64,000 nt of DNA, taken from Pelagibacteraceae bacterium. Its GTDB lineage: Bacteria; Pseudomonadota; Alphaproteobacteria; Pelagibacterales; AG-422-B15. The notes below the pieces were generated by a model. That model had not been told where the DNA came from. It saw only the letters and a program-made list of their open reading frames with translations, and did not search any database. Below, one piece after another: positions 37,368 to 46,868 of this stretch. Where the stretch lies: assembly GCA_038103905.1 (NCBI GenBank), contig JAYNZW010000001.1, forward strand, positions 144,818 through 208,817. The letters run 5' to 3'. Position numbers and translations under genes: made by a program. Each line of letters starts with the position of its first letter. Position 1 is the stretch's first letter.

Positions 37368-38291
37368 ATTACTTGATAAAAAATCTAAAAATACATTGGT
37401 AATTTTATCTGGAATCTTTGAGCTCCCAGCGTGACCACCTGAGAAAACAAAAACATCAGCATCCTTATTTAATGAAATTATCGACTCAACTGATTGAGGT
37501 GAAACTTCAGTATCATCATTTGCATAAGCTATATGTAATGGAATATTACTTTTTGAAAAAACTTCGTAAGTAGAAAAATAGTTTTTAGGAAAAAGATATC
37601 TAGATGAAGAGAGGAGAGAATATTCACTTCCAGGTAAGATTAGTTGATTAATATATCCATTAATCAACTCCTCAGATAATGAAACTTCATTTCCCCATTC
37701 CAAAGCTCTTTTTTTGATAAGAGGGAGTCCAAAAAAACGCATAGTGATCTCGCCAAGAAAAGGAATACGAAGAATTTTAAAAATAAAATTATCAATATTA
37801 ACAACAGGAACTTGGATTCCAACTGCCAAAGAACGATTAATATTATTATTTGCAAATTCAATAGCGATTGGCGCTCCCATTGAAACACCATATAGAATAA
37901 ACTGATCAATATTTAAATGATCAAGAAGTTCATCAAGTTGCTGTTGATATATATTCATTGAGTATTTAATTTTTGGCCGGTCTGAATAACCTCTTCCAAA
38001 TTGGTCGTAACATATAACCCAATAACCACGTTGACTTAAATTTTTGCAGAAATCAGTATAGCCCTCAGAAGGAACAGTTCCACCATGTATCATTATTATT
38101 GGTGTATTATTATTTGAACCAAACTCTTTATACGCTGTTAGTCCGTTTGTAAGTTCTATAAATTTATAATCTGAAGACTTTTGAAACTGAGAAAGGTTCC
38201 CGTTTTCACGATATAGAAACAAGTAGATAACAGAGATAAAAACTGCGCCTATTGCTAAAATAGTAAGTAAAAGTTGATAAGACATATTCAT
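37359..38291 (-). CDS. Membrane-anchored alpha/beta hydrolase
   Basis: N-terminal TM helix, HGG oxyanion motif (IMIHGGT), nucleophile elbow GVSMGA, and a C-terminal GGHAG. The 3' end overlaps umuC by 9 nt. Confidence 0.7.
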   Translation of the reverse strand: MNMSYQLLLTILAIGAVFISVIYLFLYRENGNLSQFQKSSDYKFIELTNGLTAYKEFGSNNNTPIIMIHGGTVPSEGYTDFCKNLSQRGYWVICYDQFGRGYSDRPKIKYSMNIYQQQLDELLDHLNIDQFILYGVSMGAPIAIEFANNNINRSLAVGIQVPVVNIDNFIFKILRIPFLGEITMRFFGLPLIKKRALEWGNEVSLSEELINGYINQLILPGSEYSLLSSSRYLFPKNYFSTYEVFSKSNIPLHIAYANDDTEVSPQSVESIISLNKDADVFVFSGGHAGSSKIPDKITNVFLDFLSSNLN

Positions 38292-38386
38292 TTTTTGCAG
38301 AATCTCCGGCTTAATTTAAGTTGCTTCGTAACCTTCATTTTGTTAGCATAATTGCCTTATAATAAAAATAAAGAAGGTAATAAATA

Positions 38387-39598
38387 ATGAAAAAATCAAT
38401 ATTTACAGTTCTATTAGGCGCTTCTCTAATAGCGCTCGTAGCAGGCTGTTCTCAGCAAAAAGAAGAGGTAGCCGCGAGTGATATAAATGTAGGAATTATT
38501 TTAGGTTTTACAGGACCTATTGAGTCTTTGACGCCAACAATGGCTTCATCTGCTGAGCTTGCATTCAAAGAAGCAACTGACGCTGGTATACTTAATGGTT
38601 CAACTCTAAATCCTGTTAGAGCTGACTCGACTTGTATCGATGCAGCTGCGGCAACATCTGCTGCTGAAAGATTAGTGACAGCTGATAATGTAGCAGCAAT
38701 TATGGGCGCAGATTGTTCAGGTGTGACAACAGCTATTGCAAATAATGTCGCTGTCCCAAATGGTGTTACAATAATTTCACCATCTGCAACGTCACCTGCA
38801 TTAACAACAATAGAAGATAAAGGATTTTTCTTCAGAACAGCTCCATCTGATGCTCGTCAAGGACAAGTTCTTGCTCAAGTTGTTATGGATAGAGGAATTA
38901 AAAAACTTGCTGTGACTTACACAAACAATGACTACGGAAAAGGTTTATCTGATAGTTTTGTTGGAGCATTTACAGCTATGGGCGGTGAAGTGACTATTGA
39001 AGTACCTCACGAGGATGGTAAAGCTGATTATTCTGCTGAGGTAAGCACTTTGTCAGCTTCTGGTGCAGAAGAGCTTGCAGTTTTAGGTTATGTTGATCAG
39101 GGAGGAAAAGGTATTATCCAAAATTCTCTTGATACAGGAGCCTTCTCAAGATTCATTTTAGCTGATGGAATGATTGGTCAAAGCTTAATTGATAATGTCG
39201 ATGGTGATTTGACTGGTACATTTGGAACTTTGCCAGGAAATGAGTCTGACGGTGCAGCAATGTTTATCAAAATGGCAAGCGCAAATGGTATTCCAGGTGA
39301 TGGACCATTTGAACAAGAGTCATACGATGCTGCTGCATTAATTGTTCTTGCAATGCAAGCTGGTGGATCTGCTGATAGAGCTACTATCGCAAAAAATGTG
39401 ATGGGAGTTGCTAATGCCCCTGGTACAGAAATTCTTCCAGGTGAGCTAGCTAAAGCAATAAACCTTCTTAAAGATGGTAAAGAAGTAAACTATCAAGGCG
39501 CAACTAATGTTGAGTTTTCTGATGTTGGTGAAGCATCAGGATCTTATAAAGAACTTGAAATAGGTTCTGGTAAGTTCAACACAATTCAAGTTAGATAA
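38387..39598 (+). CDS. livJ: Type-I periplasmic binding protein of a Liv-type (branched-chain/other amino acid) ABC system, lipoprotein
   Basis: Lipobox LVAGCS. The Ala/Gly-rich 403-aa protein is colinear with the Leu/Ile/Val-binding family and faces the livGFHM operon. Confidence 0.8.
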   Translation: MKKSIFTVLLGASLIALVAGCSQQKEEVAASDINVGIILGFTGPIESLTPTMASSAELAFKEATDAGILNGSTLNPVRADSTCIDAAAATSAAERLVTADNVAAIMGADCSGVTTAIANNVAVPNGVTIISPSATSPALTTIEDKGFFFRTAPSDARQGQVLAQVVMDRGIKKLAVTYTNNDYGKGLSDSFVGAFTAMGGEVTIEVPHEDGKADYSAEVSTLSASGAEELAVLGYVDQGGKGIIQNSLDTGAFSRFILADGMIGQSLIDNVDGDLTGTFGTLPGNESDGAAMFIKMASANGIPGDGPFEQESYDAAALIVLAMQAGGSADRATIAKNVMGVANAPGTEILPGELAKAINLLKDGKEVNYQGATNVEFSDVGEASGSYKELEIGSGKFNTIQVR

Positions 39599-39606
39599 TT
39601 TTGCCT

Positions 39607-39633
39607 GTAAGGCCTAGTTCAGCTAGGCCTTAC
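39607..39633. terminator. Bidirectional hairpin between livJ and livM
   Basis: GTAAGGCCTAG-ttcag-CTAGGCCTTAC, an 11-bp perfect stem. Its 3' arm overlaps the last codons and stop of livM on the other strand. Confidence 0.6.
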
Positions 39634-40992
39634 AACCTTTTCAGGTATTACACCTCTAGGCATAAATCTCAAAGTTATTAATAAAATGGCCCCCATAATG
39701 AATAATCTCATGTGTGGAGCACTTGCAATCAAATGTGTTTTAATTGGATCTCCATAATCCAATCCACTTGTAATAAAACTAATAAATGCAATTGAAATAG
39801 GTTCTGCTTCGATCCACATAAACCATATAAAGAATCCACCAAATATTGACCCTAAGTTGTTTCCACTTCCTCCCACTATCACCATGACCCAAATTATAAA
39901 AGTGAATCTCAGAGGTTGGTAGGTTCCTGGTGTAAATTGCCCATCTAATGTTGTAAGCATTGCACCTGCTATTCCAATAATTGCTGAACCTAGGATAAAA
40001 ACTTGTAAATGTTGTCCAACAATATTTTTACCCATAGCACTTGCAGCAACTTCATTGTCTCTGATTGCTCTCAACATTCTTCCCCAAGGAGAATTTAAAG
40101 CAAGCTGACTTAAGAAAAATAAAATAATTAGTACACTAATAAACAAGCTGGCATAACAAAGTTTCACATAAATACTTGACCCTTCAATTACTAATTTATT
40201 TAATAAGTCTTGTTTATTAGATGCTGTTTCAATAGCAGATAGTTTAGATGTATTAACCCATTCGATTAGTTTAATAAACCACTCTGACTCTTGTAATCGA
40301 ATTTCATAAGGCACAGGCCTTGGAAGACCAGTAACATTTTTTACACCTCGTGATAGCCATTCTTCGTGTTTTAAAACGGCAATCACAATCTCAGAAATTC
40401 CAAGAGTAGCTATAGCCAAATAATCTGAGCGTAGTCCTAATGTAACTTTACCAATAATCCATGCGAGAAATGCAGCTGCAAATGCCGCAATTACCCAAGA
40501 AAAAATAATTGGCATTCCAAGCCCACCGAGAAAACCAGTTTTTGCTGGATTAATATCTTCAATTAAATCTATTGAAGGGGCATAAAAATTACCTAGTCCA
40601 ATTGCAGCTAATAAAATTATAAAAACTATTAAGAATCTCCTTTTGAAAATAGAGCCTATATATTTAGTGACATAAAAAATAAAAATTGCTGCAGCAATAA
40701 CTATCAATAAGCTAATAAGCATACCTGTTCCAGCTACTGACCAAGCTTCATAAATTGGTTGATGAGAAATAAGAACAGCAACAAGCCCACCTAAAGCCGT
40801 GAAACCCATGACTCCAGCATTGAATAATCCAGCGTAGCCCCACTGTAAATTAACGCCCATAGCCATTATTGCTGAAACAATGCATAAGTTAAATATCCCG
40901 ATTGATAAGGACCACGATTGAGCAACTCCAACAATGATGAGTAACAGTGCCATGATTAAAAAAGCAAGCTGGGTTCTATATTTTTGTATCAC
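39619..40992 (-). CDS. livM: Branched-chain amino acid ABC permease LivM
   Basis: 457-aa polytopic protein, last gene of the G-F-H-M operon, overlapping livH by 4 nt. Confidence 0.85.
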   Translation of the reverse strand: MIQKYRTQLAFLIMALLLIIVGVAQSWSLSIGIFNLCIVSAIMAMGVNLQWGYAGLFNAGVMGFTALGGLVAVLISHQPIYEAWSVAGTGMLISLLIVIAAAIFIFYVTKYIGSIFKRRFLIVFIILLAAIGLGNFYAPSIDLIEDINPAKTGFLGGLGMPIIFSWVIAAFAAAFLAWIIGKVTLGLRSDYLAIATLGISEIVIAVLKHEEWLSRGVKNVTGLPRPVPYEIRLQESEWFIKLIEWVNTSKLSAIETASNKQDLLNKLVIEGSSIYVKLCYASLFISVLIILFFLSQLALNSPWGRMLRAIRDNEVAASAMGKNIVGQHLQVFILGSAIIGIAGAMLTTLDGQFTPGTYQPLRFTFIIWVMVIVGGSGNNLGSIFGGFFIWFMWIEAEPISIAFISFITSGLDYGDPIKTHLIASAPHMRLFIMGAILLITLRFMPRGVIPEKVVRPS

Positions 40993-42008
40993 AGTGTCTT
41001 ACCTCTAAACAGTCCAGTAGGGCGAATAACTAAAACTATAACTAATATTATGAATGAAATCGCAAATTTATAATCAGTTGATAGGAATTGCATTAATCCA
41101 CTTGGTTCTAAATTACTTGGTAGTAAATACATAAAAAACTTTTTATACGCATAAGTGAGCATAACTTCTGAAAAGGCTATAATATAACCACCAGCTACAG
41201 CACCTAATGGATTACCTATTCCCCCTACGATTGCTGCAGCAAACATTGGAAGCAATAACTGAAAATATGTAAATGGTTTAAAGCTTTTATCCAGGCCATA
41301 CAAGACACCCGCAATAGTAGCTAGCATACCAACAATTATCCATGTAATCATAACCACTTTGTTAGGATTTATACCTGATAAAAGTGCAAGATCTTCATTA
41401 TTAGAATAAGCCCTCATTGACTTGCCCATTTTTGTTTTTTGTAGGAAATAAAATAATATCACCATGGTAATTAACGCTATCACAATGGTTAAAACTTGAG
41501 TTGACTTAATGCTAAGTCCTTCAGAAAGACCAGTGTATGCTTTAAACTCTACGGCCTTAATAATAAACTTCTCACCGTCAAAAAAAGTTCTATCTTTTGG
41601 ACCTATTATGAATCTAACAATTGCATTCATAATAAACATGACGCCTACAGACACAATCATGAATACAACCGGCTGGCTTTTTTGTTCTCGATAAAATTTA
41701 TAAACAATTTTATCTGTAATTAAACAAAAAGCAGCAGTTAGTCCCATAGCAAAAGGTAATGCAATCAGAGCCGTTGGAAGCACACCAGCTGTTATGCCCC
41801 ATGACTGAAATAACCATGTTATAAGTATGGCTATCATTGTTCCAAATGCCATTAGGTCACCGTGAGCAAAATTTGAAAATCTAAGAACTGCATATACAAG
41901 TGTTATGCCAAGTGCCGCTAGCGCTAACTGCGAGCCATATGATAAAGCTGGAACAATTACAAAATTTGATAAGAGAATTAATGCATTAATTAAGTCATAA
42001 TTTTCCAT
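40989..42008 (-). CDS. livH: Branched-chain amino acid ABC permease LivH
   Basis: 339-aa polytopic protein with a typical LivH N-terminus (NALILLSNFVI ... YGSQLALAALG). Confidence 0.85.
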   Translation of the reverse strand: MENYDLINALILLSNFVIVPALSYGSQLALAALGITLVYAVLRFSNFAHGDLMAFGTMIAILITWLFQSWGITAGVLPTALIALPFAMGLTAAFCLITDKIVYKFYREQKSQPVVFMIVSVGVMFIMNAIVRFIIGPKDRTFFDGEKFIIKAVEFKAYTGLSEGLSIKSTQVLTIVIALITMVILFYFLQKTKMGKSMRAYSNNEDLALLSGINPNKVVMITWIIVGMLATIAGVLYGLDKSFKPFTYFQLLLPMFAAAIVGGIGNPLGAVAGGYIIAFSEVMLTYAYKKFFMYLLPSNLEPSGLMQFLSTDYKFAISFIILVIVLVIRPTGLFRGKTL

Positions 42009-42010
42009 AC

Positions 42011-42718
42011 TTATCCGCCTAAAAATGCTTTTCTAACTTCAGTGTCATTTAAAAGTTCTGAGCCTTTACCTGTGAACTTGTTTTTTCCAGCAACTAAAAC
42101 ATACCCATAATCAGCAATATTCAGAGCCTGTTTAGCATTTTGTTCAACAATTATTATTGCAACCCCTGTCTTTTTAATATCGATAATCTTATCAAAAAGT
42201 TCATCCATCACGACAGGTGAAACCCCAGCGGTCGGCTCATCAAGCATCAAAACGTTTGGACGCGTCATCAATGCTCTTCCGACAGCTACTTGTTGTCGCT
42301 GACCGCCAGATAATTCTCCAGCAAGTTGCTCCTTCTTTTCATCAAGAATAGGAAAAAGTGAATACATTTCTTCAAAGGTTTCGCTGAGATCATCATCTCT
42401 TAGATAGGCGCCCATTTCTAAATTTTCTTTAACAGTTAATTCATTAAATATATTCATTGTTTGAGGGACAAATGATATCCCTGAGGCAACTCGATCTTGA
42501 GGCGATAGATTAGAAATGTTTTTCCCATCTAAAAATACTTTACCTTCACTTAATTGTAACATGCCTAACATTGCTTTCATTGCTGTTGACTTTCCAGCTC
42601 CATTGGGTCCCACAATTACCGAAATTTCTCCTTTATTAACGGAAACACTACAGTCGTTAAGAATATTTTCACCACCATATCCACCGACTAAGTTTTGGGA
42701 ACAAAAAAAATCACTCAT
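42011..42718 (-). CDS. livF: Branched-chain amino acid ABC ATPase LivF
   Basis: Walker A GPNGAGKST, signature LSGGQRQQVAVGRAL, Walker B LMLDEPT. 235 aa. Confidence 0.88.
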   Translation of the reverse strand: MSDFFCSQNLVGGYGGENILNDCSVSVNKGEISVIVGPNGAGKSTAMKAMLGMLQLSEGKVFLDGKNISNLSPQDRVASGISFVPQTMNIFNELTVKENLEMGAYLRDDDLSETFEEMYSLFPILDEKKEQLAGELSGGQRQQVAVGRALMTRPNVLMLDEPTAGVSPVVMDELFDKIIDIKKTGVAIIIVEQNAKQALNIADYGYVLVAGKNKFTGKGSELLNDTEVRKAFLGG

Positions 42719-43479
42719 ACTGCGCCACTTCTTCCAAGATAAGCAGAAATTACTTCTTCATTTTTTTTGATATCTTCAATCTTGCCTTCTGTTAGAATCT
42801 TGCCTTCTGACATTACTATGACTTTACTACAAAGCTTGCTAATGAATTCAATGTCATGCTCAATCATACAAAATGTATAACCTTTTTCTTGATTGAGTTT
42901 TAATATAACTTCAGCAATCTCGTTTAGCAGAGTCCTGTTAACGCCTGCTCCAACCTCATCCAGTAAAACAATATTTGCATCAACCATCATTGTTCTTCCA
43001 AGTTCTAATAATTTTTTTTGACCACCTGATAGGTTACCAGCCAGTTCATAAGTAAGATGTGATAAATTCAGAAATTCAATGACCTCAATAGCCTTTTCTT
43101 TTATTTTTTCTTCTTCTTCTTTTATTTTTTTTCTATTTATCCACGCATTCATTAATTTTTCACCAGATTGAAATCCAGGAACAACCATTAGATTTTCAAG
43201 AACTGTTAATTTTGAAAATTCATGTGCGATTTGAAATGTTCTTAATATTCCTTCATAGAATAATTGATGAGATGGCAGTCCAGTAATATTCTTTTTTTTA
43301 AAGTGTATCGTTCCACTTGATGGTTCAATGCTTCCACATATTACGTTGAATAGAGTTGTTTTACCCGCACCATTTGGCCCGATTAGTCCCGTTATTGAGC
43401 CTTGTTCAATTTCTAATGACACACTATCTACAGCATGAATACCACCAAATTGTTTACTAAGATTCTTTATTTCAAGCAT
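42715..43479 (-). CDS. livG: Branched-chain amino acid ABC ATPase LivG
   Basis: Walker A GPNGAGKTT, signature LSGGQKKLLELGR, Walker B VLLDEV. 254 aa with a LivG-type insertion. Confidence 0.88.
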   Translation of the reverse strand: MLEIKNLSKQFGGIHAVDSVSLEIEQGSITGLIGPNGAGKTTLFNVICGSIEPSSGTIHFKKKNITGLPSHQLFYEGILRTFQIAHEFSKLTVLENLMVVPGFQSGEKLMNAWINRKKIKEEEEKIKEKAIEVIEFLNLSHLTYELAGNLSGGQKKLLELGRTMMVDANIVLLDEVGAGVNRTLLNEIAEVILKLNQEKGYTFCMIEHDIEFISKLCSKVIVMSEGKILTEGKIEDIKKNEEVISAYLGRSGAV

Positions 43480-43514
43480 TTTTTAACAATACGCTAGTGA
43501 TAACTTTGGAGCAA

Positions 43515-44420
43515 TTACTTATTATCATTTGATGTTTGATTTAAATAAAGGGCAAATAAAATAAGGCCTAAAGACAACAGGACATTAATTTCAATTGCTT
43601 CATTTAAGAAAATTGCACCTGAAAAATAAGCTATTAGGGGTATAAGAAAATTGATTAAAGATAAAAAAACAGGTCCAGTAGTTTCAATTATCTTAAAAAA
43701 TAAAAGATTAGCAATTGCAGTAGCAAATATCCCTTGCATTGAAACTGCTAATATAGCTTTTGAATTAAATTCATTAAGCCAAAAAGGCTCAAGGAATAAT
43801 GCAAATGGAAAGATCCATATGACACTCGCTATCGTTACTCCAGTAGCAAGAGAAATAAAGTTTATATCAGGTACAAGTTTGGTTAAAACAGCATTTAAGC
43901 CATAGCAGGCAGCAGCTAATAGAACTATCAACTGACTTATCACTTCAATTGAATTTCCTTTACCCACCTGTGTAAGAGTATCAAAACCAAAAAGTATTAA
44001 TAATCCGCAAAATGCAATTATAAAACTTAATACTTTTTTGAAGTTTATTATTTCATTTTTTAAGATAATCGCACTCAATGCTAAAGTCAGTAATGGCATA
44101 GGGGACATTAATACACCGGCTAAACCGGCATTTATATATATCTCTGCAGAAGAAATTAATGAAAAAGGAATTGCTAAACCAAAAGCACCGAGTACAAAAT
44201 AAAAAAGGATAAGTTTCGGTTTCAGAATAAGTTTTTGCTTTTGTAGTATCATGACCACATATAAAATTATTGATGCCATCAAAAGTCTTAAAAAAACATT
44301 TGTTATTGGACCAATTTCCTCAACAGCAAGTTTGATAAATAGAAAATTAACCCCCCAAATCGTTGCAAGGGAAAGCAAAAATATCCAACTGATAAAGCTT
44401 GTTTGATTTATTTGTTTCAT
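43515..44420 (-). CDS. DMT-superfamily (EamA) permease
   Basis: 301 aa with ten hydrophobic helices. Confidence 0.8.
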   Translation of the reverse strand: MKQINQTSFISWIFLLSLATIWGVNFLFIKLAVEEIGPITNVFLRLLMASIILYVVMILQKQKLILKPKLILFYFVLGAFGLAIPFSLISSAEIYINAGLAGVLMSPMPLLTLALSAIILKNEIINFKKVLSFIIAFCGLLILFGFDTLTQVGKGNSIEVISQLIVLLAAACYGLNAVLTKLVPDINFISLATGVTIASVIWIFPFALFLEPFWLNEFNSKAILAVSMQGIFATAIANLLFFKIIETTGPVFLSLINFLIPLIAYFSGAIFLNEAIEINVLLSLGLILFALYLNQTSNDNK

Positions 44421-44472
44421 TTAAGTCGGAGGAGAGTATTATTGTATATCTCGAATGTAAATGTATTAATCT

Positions 44473-45075
44473 ATGCGAACTTTATTCATTTTTATTGCTT
44501 TATTGTCGATGCTTACAAGCTGTGCAAGTAAGCCCCCAGATAATCAGCAGAATATCTGTAAAATATTTAAAGAAAAATCATCGTGGTATAGATTAGTCAA
44601 TAAATCAGAGGAAAAGTGGGGTGCTCCAATTCATATTCAAATGTCTATTTTAAGACAAGAATCTTCTTTTCAAAATAGAGTAAAACCTGAACGCGAAATG
44701 TTATTTGGTGTCATCCCGTGGAAACGAAAATCAAGTGCACTTGGTTATACCCAAGCAATTGATGGCACATGGGATTGGTATAAGAAAGAAAATAATAAAC
44801 CGCTAGCTTCAAGGGTAAATTTTGCTGATGCTGTAGATTTTACTGGATGGTATATAAATAAGACTTCATCAATTAATAAGATTAGTAAAGACGATGCATA
44901 TAATCAATATCTAGCTTACCATGAGGGTCATGGTGGATATAAAAAAGGAACATATAAAAGTAAAGAATGGTTGATTGAGGTTGCACGAAAGGTCAAGGTA
45001 AGAGCTGACAGATATGAGTCTCAATTAAGTGATTGTGAAAGTGATTTTAATAAGAAGTTTCTGGGTATTTTTTAA
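44473..45075 (+). CDS. Lytic-transglycosylase-like (SLT family) lipoprotein
   Basis: Lipobox LTSCAS. SLT motifs are ILRQESSF (catalytic E-S), GYTQAI and AYHEGHGGY. Confidence 0.65.
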   Translation: MRTLFIFIALLSMLTSCASKPPDNQQNICKIFKEKSSWYRLVNKSEEKWGAPIHIQMSILRQESSFQNRVKPEREMLFGVIPWKRKSSALGYTQAIDGTWDWYKKENNKPLASRVNFADAVDFTGWYINKTSSINKISKDDAYNQYLAYHEGHGGYKKGTYKSKEWLIEVARKVKVRADRYESQLSDCESDFNKKFLGIF

Positions 45076-46052
45076 TGAAAAATAATAATAAGAAATTAAT
45101 TGCAGTTACAATGGGAGATCCGTCGGGTATTTCAACTGAAATTATTATCAAGTCATGGAAAAAAACTGCCCACAATTTTTTTGTAATACACGATCCTGAT
45201 TATATTTTGAAAGTTGCTAATAAACTAAAATTAAAAGTAAAAATTAAAGTTATATCTAATCCAGAAGAGGCCCATGGCGCCTTCAAAAACTATCTACCAG
45301 TTTTACCAATTGAAATTGATAAAAGCACTAAGTTAGGTAAACCAAATTATAATAATTCAAAAAATATTTTTCATTCGATTGATCTTGCAGTTAAACTTGC
45401 TAAGAAGAAAAAAGTTTCAGGAATAGTCACAAGCCCTATTTCTAAAGAAATATTATCTAAATTTAAAAAAAACTTTACAGGTCATACAGAGTACTTGGCA
45501 AAACTAGATAAGAAAAAAAACTTTGGAATGATGTTACTAAACAAGGAATTAAAGGTTGTTCCATTTACAACACATATTCCATTAAAAAATGTTCATAAGT
45601 ATATAAAATCAAAACCATTAGAAAGTGTTATAAAGCTATTGAATAGCTCTTTGAAAAAGAATTTTAATATTAAAAAACCAAAAATAGCAGTTACTGGCCT
45701 TAATCCTCATTCAGGAGATGGAGGACTTCTAGGCAAGGAAGAGCAAAAAATAATATTACCAGTTATAAAAAAAACTAGGAAGACTGGAATATCAATATCA
45801 GGCCCCTTATCACCGGACTCAGCTTTTCAGAAAAAAAATTTAAAATCATACGACGCCTTTTTATGTATGTATCATGACCAGGCTTTGATACCAATTAAGA
45901 CAATTGATTTTGAAAACACAGTTAATTATACACTGGGCCTATCTTTTGTAAGAACAAGTCCAGATCATGGAACAGGATATGATATAGCTAATAAGTCAGT
46001 TGCAAGTGAAAGAAGCTTAGTCTCAGCAATTAATTATGCTGCAAAGATTTAA
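45075..46052 (+). CDS. pdxA: 4-hydroxythreonine-4-phosphate dehydrogenase
   Basis: Motifs MGDPSGIS, GHTEYLA, GLNPHSGDGG, MYHDQALIP and TSPDHGT. Confidence 0.93.
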   Translation: MKNNNKKLIAVTMGDPSGISTEIIIKSWKKTAHNFFVIHDPDYILKVANKLKLKVKIKVISNPEEAHGAFKNYLPVLPIEIDKSTKLGKPNYNNSKNIFHSIDLAVKLAKKKKVSGIVTSPISKEILSKFKKNFTGHTEYLAKLDKKKNFGMMLLNKELKVVPFTTHIPLKNVHKYIKSKPLESVIKLLNSSLKKNFNIKKPKIAVTGLNPHSGDGGLLGKEEQKIILPVIKKTRKTGISISGPLSPDSAFQKKNLKSYDAFLCMYHDQALIPIKTIDFENTVNYTLGLSFVRTSPDHGTGYDIANKSVASERSLVSAINYAAKI

Positions 46053-46056
46053 ATTT

Positions 46057-46815
46057 TTATTTTTCAATACTAAAGGTTTGAACAGCATCATTAAACGATC
46101 CGAATAGTTTTTTTGAAAATTCATCAGTAGTTGAAGAAGTTTCAGGATGCCACTGAACTCCATAAAAATAACCATCATAATCTTTCAAACTAATTGCTTC
46201 GACAGTTTCATCTTTTGCAATTCCCTCAATCACAAGAGAGTCAGCAAGTTTATCAACTCCTTGGGTGTGAAGAGAATTTACTTCAATTGAATCACATCCA
46301 GCTAATTTATGAAGACCGCCATCTTCAGTTAAGTAAACTTCATGCTGTTTCCCAAACTGAATCTCTGGATCATCTGATTTAGGTGCACGATGATCCATTC
46401 TTCCAGGTACATTATGAATATCTGCATGTAAAGATCCACCTAAAGCTACATTAACTTCTTGAAAGCCTCTACAAATTCCAAGCAAAGGAATTTTTTTATA
46501 AAAAATATGTTCAATCAGCGGTAATACAGTTTTATCTCGATTTAGATCTAACGGCTCAACAACCTTATCTTTATTGTAAAACTCAGGATACACATTTGAT
46601 AAATTTCCAGTGAGAAGAACGCCATCAAATCTATTTAGAATAACCTTATAGTTTTCAGTATCAGCGGTTGCGGGTAAGATTACAGGTGTACAATCAGTAC
46701 TGTTTATTAATGCGTTAACGTAGTTTGCACCTGTTGCATGGTATGTTCGTTTTACATCTTCACGAGTAAATACATCTGCAAAAATAGCTACTAATGGTTT
46801 ATTTTGCCTATACAT
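46057..46815 (-). CDS. puuD: Gamma-glutamyl-GABA hydrolase family (peptidase C26, class-I glutamine amidotransferase fold)
   Basis: Nucleophile elbow LGICRGFQ and the catalytic His/Glu region GVQWHPE. 252 aa. Confidence 0.75.
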   Translation of the reverse strand: MYRQNKPLVAIFADVFTREDVKRTYHATGANYVNALINSTDCTPVILPATADTENYKVILNRFDGVLLTGNLSNVYPEFYNKDKVVEPLDLNRDKTVLPLIEHIFYKKIPLLGICRGFQEVNVALGGSLHADIHNVPGRMDHRAPKSDDPEIQFGKQHEVYLTEDGGLHKLAGCDSIEVNSLHTQGVDKLADSLVIEGIAKDETVEAISLKDYDGYFYGVQWHPETSSTTDEFSKKLFGSFNDAVQTFSIEK

Positions 46816-46868
46816 ATTTGATTAAATATTATTGTCGTTATTAATATTTAGCATATATTACTTTATGT

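Noticed and set aside
46823-46850. AT-only palindromes as regulatory sites: TAAATATTA-N10-TAATATTTA in the puuD/gcdH spacer, AAAATTATAATTTT at 56121-56134, and TTCAA-N6-TTGAA at 33242-33257
   Set aside because: They are composed solely or mostly of A/T in a very AT-rich background, so their chance expectation is high. Spacing and orientation do not match the 51722 palindrome. I cannot separate them from noise without genome-wide statistics.
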